A DNA stretch of 64,000 nucleotides from Candidatus Micrarchaeota archaeon (lineage in GTDB: Archaea > Micrarchaeota > Micrarchaeia > Norongarragalinales > Norongarragalinaceae): contig JABWCK010000001.1 of assembly GCA_013360305.1 (NCBI GenBank), positions 17,209 through 81,208 on the forward strand, given 5' to 3'. Every line of letters starts with the position of its first letter. Position 1 is the first letter of the stretch. The position numbers were made by a program, and so were the translations under genes. This document shows, piece by piece, positions 19,571 to 27,434 of this stretch. Under the pieces are notes generated by a model that was given only the letters and a program-made list of their open reading frames with translations, was not told where the DNA came from and made no database searches.

Positions 19571-20443
19571 ATGAAAATCACAATAATCGGCGCCGGAGGA
19601 ACTGGTTCTTTCGTCTGTCAAGAACTCGCTAAACTAAAACAAGTAAGCGAAATAACACTAATAGACCGAGACGTAGTCAGTGAAGAAAACCTTTCAAGAA
19701 GCGACTTGTTTGAAAAAAAAGACGTAGACAAATTTAAGGCACTAGTGGTTAGCAGCAAGATAAAAAAAGTAATTCCTCGAGTATTCAATTTAGACTCCGG
19801 AAACATTCACCAATTAATAAAAACAAAGCTTTTCATTGACTGCACAGACAATTACGAGACTCGAATGCTTTTAGACGAATACGCCAGAAAAGAAAACAAG
19901 ACGTGGATTTACACCGCAGCAATCAAGTCATTCGGAATGGTTTCAACCATTACTCCAACGCATTGTTTTGCTTGCTTTGCCAAGAAACCAAAACACACTT
20001 ACTCCTGCAACGAACTAGGCATAGAAAAAAAAGTCTTAAAACTAGTAGCCAAAAAAACAGCGAAAGAATTCTTACTATTAATAAAAGAAAAACCCGCTTT
20101 AGTTGAGGAATTGTGGTTTGTTGATTCCGCAACTAGTGAAGAAAAACTAATCCCCCTGCCTAATTGCAAATGCAACAATAAATTCAATTACTTGAAGAAG
20201 AAAACTAGAAAAATAGTGTTGTGCGGAACAAACGAGTTCTTATTCATTACAAACAAGAAAAACACTGCGACGCAATTAACAACTAAACTAAAAGAATTCG
20301 CGCCAGCAAACAAGGAATTGTTTGTTGAATTATTATTCAAAGAAGGAAAAGCCCGAGTGTTTCCCGATGGACGAATCATTACGACTCAATTAAGCGAAGA
20401 AAAAGCAGTTCAACTATCTAAAACAATAGAAAAAAAACTATGA
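19571..20443 (+). CDS. ThiF/MoeB/HesA-family E1-like adenylyltransferase (UbaA/MoeB-like; second E1-type gene in the window)
   Basis: MKITIIGAGGTGSFVCQELAKL (Rossmann GxGxxG); IDRDVVSEENLSRS; two Cys pairs (CFACF...YSC; PNCKCN); 290 aa. Confidence 0.7.
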   Translation: MKITIIGAGGTGSFVCQELAKLKQVSEITLIDRDVVSEENLSRSDLFEKKDVDKFKALVVSSKIKKVIPRVFNLDSGNIHQLIKTKLFIDCTDNYETRMLLDEYARKENKTWIYTAAIKSFGMVSTITPTHCFACFAKKPKHTYSCNELGIEKKVLKLVAKKTAKEFLLLIKEKPALVEELWFVDSATSEEKLIPLPNCKCNNKFNYLKKKTRKIVLCGTNEFLFITNKKNTATQLTTKLKEFAPANKELFVELLFKEGKARVFPDGRIITTQLSEEKAVQLSKTIEKKL

Positions 20444-20507
20444 ATCACCGGAATTCACCTCAGAAAGAGAATAAAAATCGAGGCGGGATGAAAAATTATG
20501 ACACACA

Positions 20508-21191
20508 ATGACCGTAGTTCAACCATGCCCGGAAAATATTGAAAAAACACCCGAGTTAGCATATGTAATAGGCACTATGCAGGGGGACGGTTCGTTTTGT
20601 GAGTGTAAAATAAAAGGAAAAAAATATAAGGCAACAGTCTTGACTATCGAAGCCATGGACTTGGAAATGATCGAACAAACGAGAAACTTTTTTGAAAAAA
20701 GTTTCGGGAGAAAAGTTGCTATTTTTAGAAAAACAAAAGGTTCGTATGGGATTCGTTATTTAGTTAAAGGATTACTTTCAGCATTTCAAAAACTAGAACT
20801 AGATTTTACAGATCCACCTAAGCCACCAAAATGGGTTGAAGAAAAAACAGAATTTTTTGGAGCTTACCTCGCAGGAGTAATTGACTCGGATGGAAACGTT
20901 TGCATAAAGAGACCGACGTATCCAATGTGTCAAATAAAAATAACCTCCGGCACCCCACAAATAAAATTGCAAGAAGCAGTGAAAAACAACTTAAAATGCG
21001 GAACAAACATAGATACAGTTACAGATTTCAATAAAACGTGGAAAAAATGGACTACCCGAAGCAATTTACGTTTTGTAATCTCTAAGAAAAACTTGGAAGT
21101 AATCAAAAAATTTGTTTTGCCATACCTAACAATTCCAAGAAAAAGAAACAAAATATCAGAATATATCGAAACAAGATATAAAGCGGGCTAG
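20508..21191 (+). CDS. Free-standing double-motif LAGLIDADG homing-endonuclease-like protein
   Basis: Motif 1 YVIGTMQGDGSF and motif 2 LAGVIDSDGNV spaced ~100 aa apart; 227 aa; 3' end overlaps tRNA-Cys by ~10 nt. Confidence 0.6.
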   Translation: MTVVQPCPENIEKTPELAYVIGTMQGDGSFCECKIKGKKYKATVLTIEAMDLEMIEQTRNFFEKSFGRKVAIFRKTKGSYGIRYLVKGLLSAFQKLELDFTDPPKPPKWVEEKTEFFGAYLAGVIDSDGNVCIKRPTYPMCQIKITSGTPQIKLQEAVKNNLKCGTNIDTVTDFNKTWKKWTTRSNLRFVISKKNLEVIKKFVLPYLTIPRKRNKISEYIETRYKAG

Positions 21192-21252
21192 GAGAGTCGA
21201 ACTCCTATATCTCGATCTGCAGTCGAGCACATGGCCGCTCTGTCAAACCCGC
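21182..21252 (-). tRNA. tRNA-Cys (GCA)
   Basis: Minus-strand read GCGGGTT...CTCGA-CTGCAGA-TCGAG...AGGAG-TTCGACT-CTCCT-AGCCCGC-T: 7-bp acceptor stem, perfect anticodon and T arms, anticodon GCA, U73 discriminator (the Cys identity element); D-stem has one mismatch. Confidence 0.6.
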
Positions 21253-21340
21253 AAACCTTTCTTTTGCTAAAGAAAGCTTTACCAAAGAAATTTTGCAAAA
21301 AAAAGAGGAATAATATACTGCAGTCAATGCTTGAAAAACG

Positions 21341-21820
21341 TTATTCCTGCATTAGTTTATCGGCTACAGCAATAATTGCTGGAAAAGTATCTAGCTCGCG
21401 TACTTCACTCAAAGAAAACCACTTCAAATCAGACGCTTCCCTCTCGGAAACCTTCTCATTGCCCTCAACGCACTCGCCGATGAAAACAAAATCAAAATGC
21501 AAGTGTTCCGGAGTTGATGCATGTGCAGGAATCAACTCAAGCAAACAACAATACGGGTTAACCGCTGTTTCTTCTTCTGGTGAATTTAAATCTAGTTTTG
21601 GACTAAAATCAAGTAATTTTATTCGTACACCCGCTTCCTCGAATGCTTCTCGAACAACGCATTGAGCAGGAGTTTCTCCTTCTTCCAAGTGTCCGCCAGG
21701 GCCAAGCCATTTCTTTAGTTTTCGATGAAATAACAACAAAGTCTTAGTCTTGGAAGGGTTTAAAATGAAAACACTCGCTACCAAGTCTGTTTTCAAGTTT
21801 TTTTTACTAGCAGGAATCAT
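21341..21820 (-). CDS. NUDIX hydrolase
   Basis: Nudix box GHLEEGETPAQCVVREAFEEAGV (Gx5Ex7REUxEExGU); 159 aa. Confidence 0.75.
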   Translation of the reverse strand: MIPASKKNLKTDLVASVFILNPSKTKTLLLFHRKLKKWLGPGGHLEEGETPAQCVVREAFEEAGVRIKLLDFSPKLDLNSPEEETAVNPYCCLLELIPAHASTPEHLHFDFVFIGECVEGNEKVSEREASDLKWFSLSEVRELDTFPAIIAVADKLMQE

Positions 21821-22575
21821 TTTCTTAACAATATTCTGCCTATGTCTTCAAATTCTTTTCTTCCAGACTCTAATTCTTTGCGTTTGAATAAGCCTAAATA
21901 AAGCACGCCAAGCAAGGCTCCCCACGCGTGAACCCAGAAATCAGTAGGCGTTTCTTCTTGTCTTGTTTCGCCCCGGACGACTATTTGCTTTGTTTTTGAA
22001 ACAACGTCAAGTTTTTCTTTCACTACTAATGCTTGGGGCAAGTTGTTTTCTTTGACTAGTTGAGAATATTGAGAAGCTAGTTTTTCTTGATTGGTTGTTA
22101 AAAAATGTTTTTGGGCGTTGGTCGCATAATCCGAGAAGGGAAATATTATGAATTGAATCACTAAAGGCGACAATAACAACAAGACTAAGGCCAATTTGGG
22201 GCGTAGTGCTAAAGCAGCAGCCATTACTCCTGCTCCAGCCGCTGAAGCTCCGGCTAGGAAGGTGAACGGGTTTAGTAGTGAAAAACTGATTCCTGCAATC
22301 AAGCCTGAAGAAAAGAATATTGCAAGCACATGCTTCCAATTCAATACTGCTTCTAATAACAACGCAAACACTAAGACGATAAACAAATTGCCCAGCAAGT
22401 GTTTTAATCCGACGTGGTTGAATAAGTAAAACACTGCGTTCAAAACAGGGTTGGTACCTACGTTCAAGGACCAGTTTGAAACAATGTTTTCAGGCAAGTA
22501 ACCAGTTCCTTGAGAAAACAACAAGTAAGGTACTAAAATAAAGAAACCCAACACCAAGGCACTAACAAAACGCAT
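21817..22575 (-). CDS. Polytopic membrane protein, rhomboid-like (putative intramembrane serine protease family)
   Basis: Multiple TM helices; GASAAGAG segment and FWVHAWGALLGVLYLG (AHxxGxxxG-like histidine helix); the serine motif is non-canonical (GASA, not GxSG). Confidence 0.35.
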   Translation of the reverse strand: MRFVSALVLGFFILVPYLLFSQGTGYLPENIVSNWSLNVGTNPVLNAVFYLFNHVGLKHLLGNLFIVLVFALLLEAVLNWKHVLAIFFSSGLIAGISFSLLNPFTFLAGASAAGAGVMAAALALRPKLALVLLLLSPLVIQFIIFPFSDYATNAQKHFLTTNQEKLASQYSQLVKENNLPQALVVKEKLDVVSKTKQIVVRGETRQEETPTDFWVHAWGALLGVLYLGLFKRKELESGRKEFEDIGRILLRK

Positions 22576-22668
22576 TAAAAAATTAATTAACTTGAGATTA
22601 AGTTCTTTTTCATCAAAGTTTTTCTTTTAAAGAAAAACGTTGTTTTGATTAAACTTTTTAAAAAGAAC

Positions 22669-22692
22669 GGTCGCCAAGCCCTTTCGGGCTTG
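22669..22692 (-). terminator. Stem-loop followed by a T-run on the minus strand, downstream of tRNA-Lys
   Basis: GCAAGCCC-TTTC-GGGCTTGC hairpin (8-bp stem) followed on the minus strand by TCTTTTTAAAAAG. Confidence 0.3.
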
Positions 22693-22809
22693 CGATAATT
22701 AGGCTGGCTTTAACACCAGTGATTGCGACTCGTTCAACCCACCTTCACAGAATCCGCATAGTAGAAGTCAGAAAAAGAGTATTTAAAAGTTTCCATAAGA
22801 GGAAAAAAG

Positions 22810-22934
22810 CGGGCCCAGGGGGATTTGGACCCCCGACATTTCGATTTCTTTCAAAAATTTAGGAAAGTTTTGATGCAACTTTTCCTAAAAGTTGCTAAGA
22901 GTCGAACGCTCTGGCCAAACTGAGCTATGGGCCC
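22810..22934 (-). tRNA. tRNA-Lys (CTT) with a ~50-nt intron at the canonical 37/38 position
   Basis: Minus strand GGGCCCA-TA-GCTC-AGTTTGGCCA-GAGC-G-TTCGA-CTCTTA[intron ~50 nt]A-TCGAA-ATGTC-GGGGG-TCCAAAT-CCCCC-TGGGCCC-G; all four stems pair; anticodon CTT. Confidence 0.7.
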
Positions 22935-23032
22935 AAACTTTTTTCTGAAAAGAGATTGGGTTTCACTAATAATTCGAGAATAATACTATGCTTGGATTGG
23001 TTTAAAAAAATATGGAAACATTAATTGTTTGA

Positions 23033-23542
23033 ATGAAAGTAACGGTTTTGAGATTAGGTCACCGAAAGGAACGAGATAAGCGCATTTCTACTCATTGTGG
23101 TTTGGTAGCGAGAGCGTTTGGTGCTAGTGAAATTATTTATGCTGGCGAAGAAGACTCTACGTTAGTAAATAGTTTGGATAAAGTGTCTGAAAAATGGGGC
23201 GGAAAATTCAAAGCACGTTATACGCGCAGTCCTCTAGCCGAAGTAAAGAAGTTCAAGAAAAAAGGCGGAGTAGTTGTCCATGCGACTATGTATGGAGAGA
23301 ATTTTTGGGACGTAAAAATACCTAAGAAGCCGTTAATGATTATTATTGGAGCAGAAAAAGTACCTAGAGAATACTATGAATTAGCAGATTATAATGTAGC
23401 GATAGGAAACCAACCGCATTCGGAAGTAGCGGCGTTGTCTATTTTATTGTATTACTGGTTGGAAGGCGGTTTGAAGAAGAAAATACGAGGTAAAATCAGC
23501 ATTTCTCCAAACGCGCGTGGAAAAACAATCAAGAAAAAATAA
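23033..23542 (+). CDS. trm56: tRNA (cytidine56-2'-O)-methyltransferase aTrm56 (SPOUT family)
   Basis: MKVTVLRLGHRKERDKRISTHCGLVARAFGASEIIYAGEED...VHATMYGE...PHSEVAALSILL matches the archaeal aTrm56 pattern; 169 aa. Confidence 0.75.
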   Translation: MKVTVLRLGHRKERDKRISTHCGLVARAFGASEIIYAGEEDSTLVNSLDKVSEKWGGKFKARYTRSPLAEVKKFKKKGGVVVHATMYGENFWDVKIPKKPLMIIIGAEKVPREYYELADYNVAIGNQPHSEVAALSILLYYWLEGGLKKKIRGKISISPNARGKTIKKK

Positions 23543-23583
23543 GGGTACGGATATAAATATTTTCTCTACTAAAGTATTAGCAT

Positions 23584-24231
23584 ATGCCTTCGCCTCGTAA
23601 AATCAACAAAACTATTTCTAAGAAACCAGTTAAGGCAAAAACAAAAAAAATAATTAAACAAGTTAAAAACAAGGTCGCTAAGTTAAAACAACCTAAAGCG
23701 ATTACTCCGCCAGTAATGGAAGAAAAACCAAAAGCTGACCCTAAACTAATTCAACCATTCATTAGCGAAGTAGCTGGCGAAAGAGGTTTGAAAGTTATTG
23801 AAGCAATTGGCGACGGCGCTATTGATGAAAAAATAGAAGAAAAAACCAAGTACAAAATGGCCGAAATACGCCACGTGTTAAACTTACTGCACAATCATGG
23901 AATTGTTGAATATTCTAGAGTCAAGAACTTGGAAACTGGTTGGTTTACTTACACTTGGTCAGTCAACTCAGACCGAGCATTGTCTAACTATTTAATGAAG
24001 AAAAAGAACGAGTATGAAGAATTGCGTTCCAGATTATCTGCTTCAGAGAATACGACTATTTACGCTTGCAAAGCAGGGTGCTGCAAGCTTCCGTTTGATG
24101 AAGCTTTTGATGCTCAATTCAAGTGTCCTAGTTGCGAAAAAAAGCTTCAATACACTGAAAACAAGAGCGAGTTAAAGGAATTGGAAACTAAGATTTCTTC
24201 ACTGCAACAAATACTAGAAAGAAAAGTTTAA
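23584..24231 (+). CDS. tfe: Transcription factor E (TFE/TFIIE-alpha homologue) with a Lys-rich N-terminal extension
   Basis: Winged-helix region (KMAEIRHVLNLLHNHGIVEYSRVKNLETGWFTYTW) followed by a zinc ribbon CKAGCC...KCPSC; 215 aa. Confidence 0.55.
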   Translation: MPSPRKINKTISKKPVKAKTKKIIKQVKNKVAKLKQPKAITPPVMEEKPKADPKLIQPFISEVAGERGLKVIEAIGDGAIDEKIEEKTKYKMAEIRHVLNLLHNHGIVEYSRVKNLETGWFTYTWSVNSDRALSNYLMKKKNEYEELRSRLSASENTTIYACKAGCCKLPFDEAFDAQFKCPSCEKKLQYTENKSELKELETKISSLQQILERKV

Positions 24232-24292
24232 ACCCGCTAGGTTTAAAACCGTTGAACCGCATTATTTTCTTCTATTGCTGTAATTTTTTTAT

Positions 24293-24367
24293 AGCGGGGT
24301 AGGGTAGCCAGGAGTGCCCGCTGGGCTCATAACCCGGAGACCGTCTGTTCAAATCAGGCCCCCGCTA
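24293..24367 (+). tRNA. tRNA-Met (CAT), probably initiator
   Basis: AGCGGGG-TA-GGGT-AGCCAGGAGT-GCCC-G-CTGGG-CTCATAA-CCCGG-AGACC-GTCTG-TTCAAAT-CAGGC-CCCCGCT-A; A1:U72 and three G:C pairs at 29-31/39-41, as in archaeal/eukaryal initiators. Confidence 0.8.
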
Positions 24368-24458
24368 TTATTTTTTTAAAATAACTAGCGTTAAGCAACT
24401 AAAAAGAAGTAGTGAAAGGAAGAAAAGTTTTGGTAAAAATCTTTTTTTAAAAGATTCT

Positions 24459-24782
24459 TTAGAATCCGCCGCGTTTGTATTTTGCGGAGTAGGGTAATGG
24501 TTTTTGTGGCATTGTTGGTGCTTCTTCTTCGTCATCCATTGAACCCATGTTTGGTGAAATTAAAATAATGTTGCTTACTGCTTTGACTGACTTGTACATT
24601 ACGGTTTTTTCTCTGAAAATGCGCTTGGCTTCGTCTTTGCTTGATGCGCGGATTGGTTCTAGTGTTAAGCGAACGACTTCTCCTTTTTGTAAGTCGATTA
24701 TTACGTCATATACTTTACCGACCATGGTTGCTCCGTCGGAGTAAATGTCCATTCCAATTAGTTGAGATACTTTTACTGACAT
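24459..24782 (-). CDS. PRC-barrel domain protein
   Basis: SQLIGMDIYSDGATMVGKVYDVIIDLQKGEVVRL resembles the PRC-barrel fold of small archaeal proteins; 107 aa. Confidence 0.4.
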   Translation of the reverse strand: MSVKVSQLIGMDIYSDGATMVGKVYDVIIDLQKGEVVRLTLEPIRASSKDEAKRIFREKTVMYKSVKAVSNIILISPNMGSMDDEEEAPTMPQKPLPYSAKYKRGGF

Positions 24783-24862
24783 ATGAATCTTTCACCTTTT
24801 TTTGTAAATAAAAAACAATTTTCTATTGCTAAACAATAATCACGATAATTATTAAAAGCTTG

Positions 24863-25264
24863 TTACTCGACTCTTAGTGAGAGGTCTTTGCGCACTTGGT
24901 TGAGTACGTGGCCGTAGTCGCGGTAGTTGGATATGGCGAATACTTTGACGGGGTAGTTGTTTGGTTCGCTTTTTGGCGTGCTGTGGATGGGTACAGTAAA
25001 GTATTTTGTTTCGCCAGGGTTTAGTTCGCCTAGTCTGAATTCTCTTTGAAGCATTAATCCGGTCTTGTCTAGGCCTAGTTGTTTTGGAACTACTACGACT
25101 AGGGAGGTTAACAGTACGGTGTCGGAATTGTTTTTTAACGTGATTTCTAAGTCTACTGCGTCATTTCTGCGGGCAGATAGCCTAAATGGGTGGAAATTGC
25201 ATTCGAGTACGTACTCTGAATCTGTTGCTACGGGCTTTTTGCCAAAAAAATCAAATATACCCAT
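24863..25264 (-). CDS. Hypothetical protein (133 aa)
   Basis: Intact ORF; no motif recognised. Confidence 0.35.
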   Translation of the reverse strand: MGIFDFFGKKPVATDSEYVLECNFHPFRLSARRNDAVDLEITLKNNSDTVLLTSLVVVVPKQLGLDKTGLMLQREFRLGELNPGETKYFTVPIHSTPKSEPNNYPVKVFAISNYRDYGHVLNQVRKDLSLRVE

Positions 25265-25313
25265 GTAAAATAAAAACCTCTTTTAGTTGTTTTGGGGTTA
25301 AAACTTAAAAAAA

Positions 25314-25712
25314 CTATTCGTCAACCCAGTTTTTCCACCAATTCGCGTATTCTAGTAGTGCTTCGGAAAATGCTTTTGATGTGCGTAGTAAGGATTTTTT
25401 TCCTTCGTATTCTATCAAGCCGCTTTTTTCTAGGCTGGTTATTAACAAGTACAGGGTGCTTTTTTTTAGTTGAAGGGTTTGTTGTAGTTGTTTGAATGAT
25501 TGGGGCTGGCGCCTTAGTTCCATTAATACTTGCATTGTTAGGTCTTTTTTTGTTCTAGAAAAATAAAAACTGTTGTTTATGAAGTCGTATAAGGTAAATG
25601 CTTTGGTTTTTATTGTTGCGGCATCGTTTTTGTTGACTCTGAAGTAGGCGTATGCTTTCTTTTTTTGGTCTTGGTAATTAGTCTCCACTCTCCCCTCACT
25701 TCCACTATTCAT
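25314..25712 (-). CDS. Winged-helix (ArsR/MarR-like) DNA-binding protein
   Basis: TMQVLMELRRQPQSFKQLQQTLQLKKSTLYLLITSLEKSGLIEYEGKK fits HTH plus wing; 132 aa. Confidence 0.4.
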   Translation of the reverse strand: MNSGSEGRVETNYQDQKKKAYAYFRVNKNDAATIKTKAFTLYDFINNSFYFSRTKKDLTMQVLMELRRQPQSFKQLQQTLQLKKSTLYLLITSLEKSGLIEYEGKKSLLRTSKAFSEALLEYANWWKNWVDE

Positions 25713-26224
25713 ACGTTTGTTTGCTTGCTGAATACTCCTTTTTCTATTGACCCGCCTGTAGCTTGTTCAAATATTACTTGGCAAATTTTTTCTCCAGGTT
25801 TTAATAATAAAGTGTTTTTTGAAAGATTTACTATTTCTAGTACTTGTATGTTGTTTACTCCTGGTTGAATGAATGAAGAAGAAACGTGAACTATTAATCC
25901 TAACCTAGCAAAACGACTTCTTCCTTGAATCCATCCACAAATACTATCTGGTAAACTAATTTTTTCTATAGTTCTGCCTAAAACTAATTCTCCTGGTTTT
26001 AATTCTAATAATTCTTTTTCTTTTAATTTAATTAATTTAAACAAAGAAGAATCGTTAAATGATTTTTCGCTTATTTTTACTTTATTTTTCTTTTTTATTT
26101 TTTTAAATTCATTAGACAAAGTCAAATCTATCGATGCAGCATTCAAGTTTTCTTCAATAAACGGAGTAATTACTATTTTTTTTTGCTTGACTAATTGCAA
26201 GACTTTTTTCTTAGACAAAATCAT
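25709..26224 (-). CDS. dcd: dCTP deaminase (dUTPase superfamily)
   Basis: GRSRFARLGLIVHVSSSFIQPGVNNIQVLEIVNLSKNTLLLKPGEKICQVIF matches the Dcd pattern (G.S..AR.GL...DPG..G...LE..N.....L..G..I.Q..F); 171 aa. Confidence 0.6.
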   Translation of the reverse strand: MILSKKKVLQLVKQKKIVITPFIEENLNAASIDLTLSNEFKKIKKKNKVKISEKSFNDSSLFKLIKLKEKELLELKPGELVLGRTIEKISLPDSICGWIQGRSRFARLGLIVHVSSSFIQPGVNNIQVLEIVNLSKNTLLLKPGEKICQVIFEQATGGSIEKGVFSKQTNV

Positions 26225-26237
26225 TTTTCAAAACCAT

Positions 26238-27434
26238 TCAATAGTGGAAGTAAGGGGTCCCTCTTTCTTCTATTCTTAACAATTCGTTGTATTTACTAGT
26301 TCTTTCACCACGACAAGGCGCGCCTAACTTAAACAATTCTGCTTTTACTCCTGTGGCGAAGTCTGAAATAAACGAGTCTTCAGAGTCTCCTGACCTATGT
26401 GACGTAGTTAGTGTAATATTGTTTTTTCTAGCGGTTTTACCGGCTTTTATTGCGTCAGACACGTAGCCTATTTGGTTGGGTTTGATTATTACTCCAGAAA
26501 TACTTCCAACTGCTTTTTCAATTAATTCAGAGTTAGTAACAGTCAAGTCGTCTCCAACAACCATTGTTTCTTGGTTTAACTCTTTGTATGCTGAAAAATC
26601 TTTCTCGAAAAACGGGTCTTCGACGTATTTTAAATTAAATTCTTTGGCTAGTTTTAATAATTCCTTCAACAAACCGTCTTTGGATAGTTTTTTTCCTTGA
26701 AAAACGTATTTTCCTTTCTTGTAAAAAGAAGACGCAGCACAGTCTAGTCCTAAAAATGCTTTGTCTTCCCAGCCGGTTTTTTCTAGCGATTTTTGAATCA
26801 AGCTTAATGCTTCGCGGGTGGTTTTTATTTTTGGCGCGAAGCCACCTTCATCGCCTACTAATGTGCTTAGTTTCTTTTTTTCAAGCATTTTTTTTAACTC
26901 CATTCGCGTTTCAACGACGCATTGGACGGCTTCAGAAAAACTCTTTGTTTTTAATGGTAAAACCATGTGTTCTTGAACGCTTAAACCGTTGTCTGCGTGC
27001 ATTCCTCCATTAATCAAGTTTGCCGCAGGGCACGGTAAGCGTTGAGCTCCGAAAGAATTATGTGCAATGAATTCGCTTAACGAAACGCCTTGGTTTGAAG
27101 CGTAGGCTTTACAAAAAGCCATGCTTAACGCGATAGTCGTATTACCGCCTAGTGTTTTTTTCTCGTTTAATTCTTTCAAGAATCGATCGAAAGAATCCAA
27201 GCTAGGGAAATTCTTTCCTTCTGCTAAGAAGCCAGCACGCAAAGCGTTTTCTACTGCTTTGTAAACGCTTTTTCCCCCAAACGATTTTCTTTCATCGCGT
27301 AATTCTTTCACTTCAAGCAAGCCGGTACTCGCGCCTGACGGAGCGATTGCAGTAAAACCATTTATTTCTACTTCGACCGTGGGGTTTCCTCTGGAGTCAA
27401 GAACTTGTCTGGCTTTGGTTTTTGTTATAATCAT
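26238..27434 (-). CDS. eno: Enolase
   Basis: SHRSGDSEDSFISDFATG (enolase signature), IKPNQIGYVSDAIKAGK; 398 aa. Confidence 0.9.
   Translation of the reverse strand: MIITKTKARQVLDSRGNPTVEVEINGFTAIAPSGASTGLLEVKELRDERKSFGGKSVYKAVENALRAGFLAEGKNFPSLDSFDRFLKELNEKKTLGGNTTIALSMAFCKAYASNQGVSLSEFIAHNSFGAQRLPCPAANLINGGMHADNGLSVQEHMVLPLKTKSFSEAVQCVVETRMELKKMLEKKKLSTLVGDEGGFAPKIKTTREALSLIQKSLEKTGWEDKAFLGLDCAASSFYKKGKYVFQGKKLSKDGLLKELLKLAKEFNLKYVEDPFFEKDFSAYKELNQETMVVGDDLTVTNSELIEKAVGSISGVIIKPNQIGYVSDAIKAGKTARKNNITLTTSHRSGDSEDSFISDFATGVKAELFKLGAPCRGERTSKYNELLRIEERGTPYFHY

Noticed and set aside
21231-21665. 144-aa plus-strand ORF
   Set aside because: Overlaps tRNA-Cys and is antisense to a Nudix hydrolase with a perfect Nudix box; no motif.
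22601-22810. Possible small ncRNA (C/D-box sRNA or SRP/RNase P fragment) in the 235-bp spacer next to tRNA-Lys
   Set aside because: Only a single hairpin plus T-run (terminator-like) is evident; no convincing C (RUGAUGA) / D (CUGA) box pair or SRP/RNase P conserved helices by eye.
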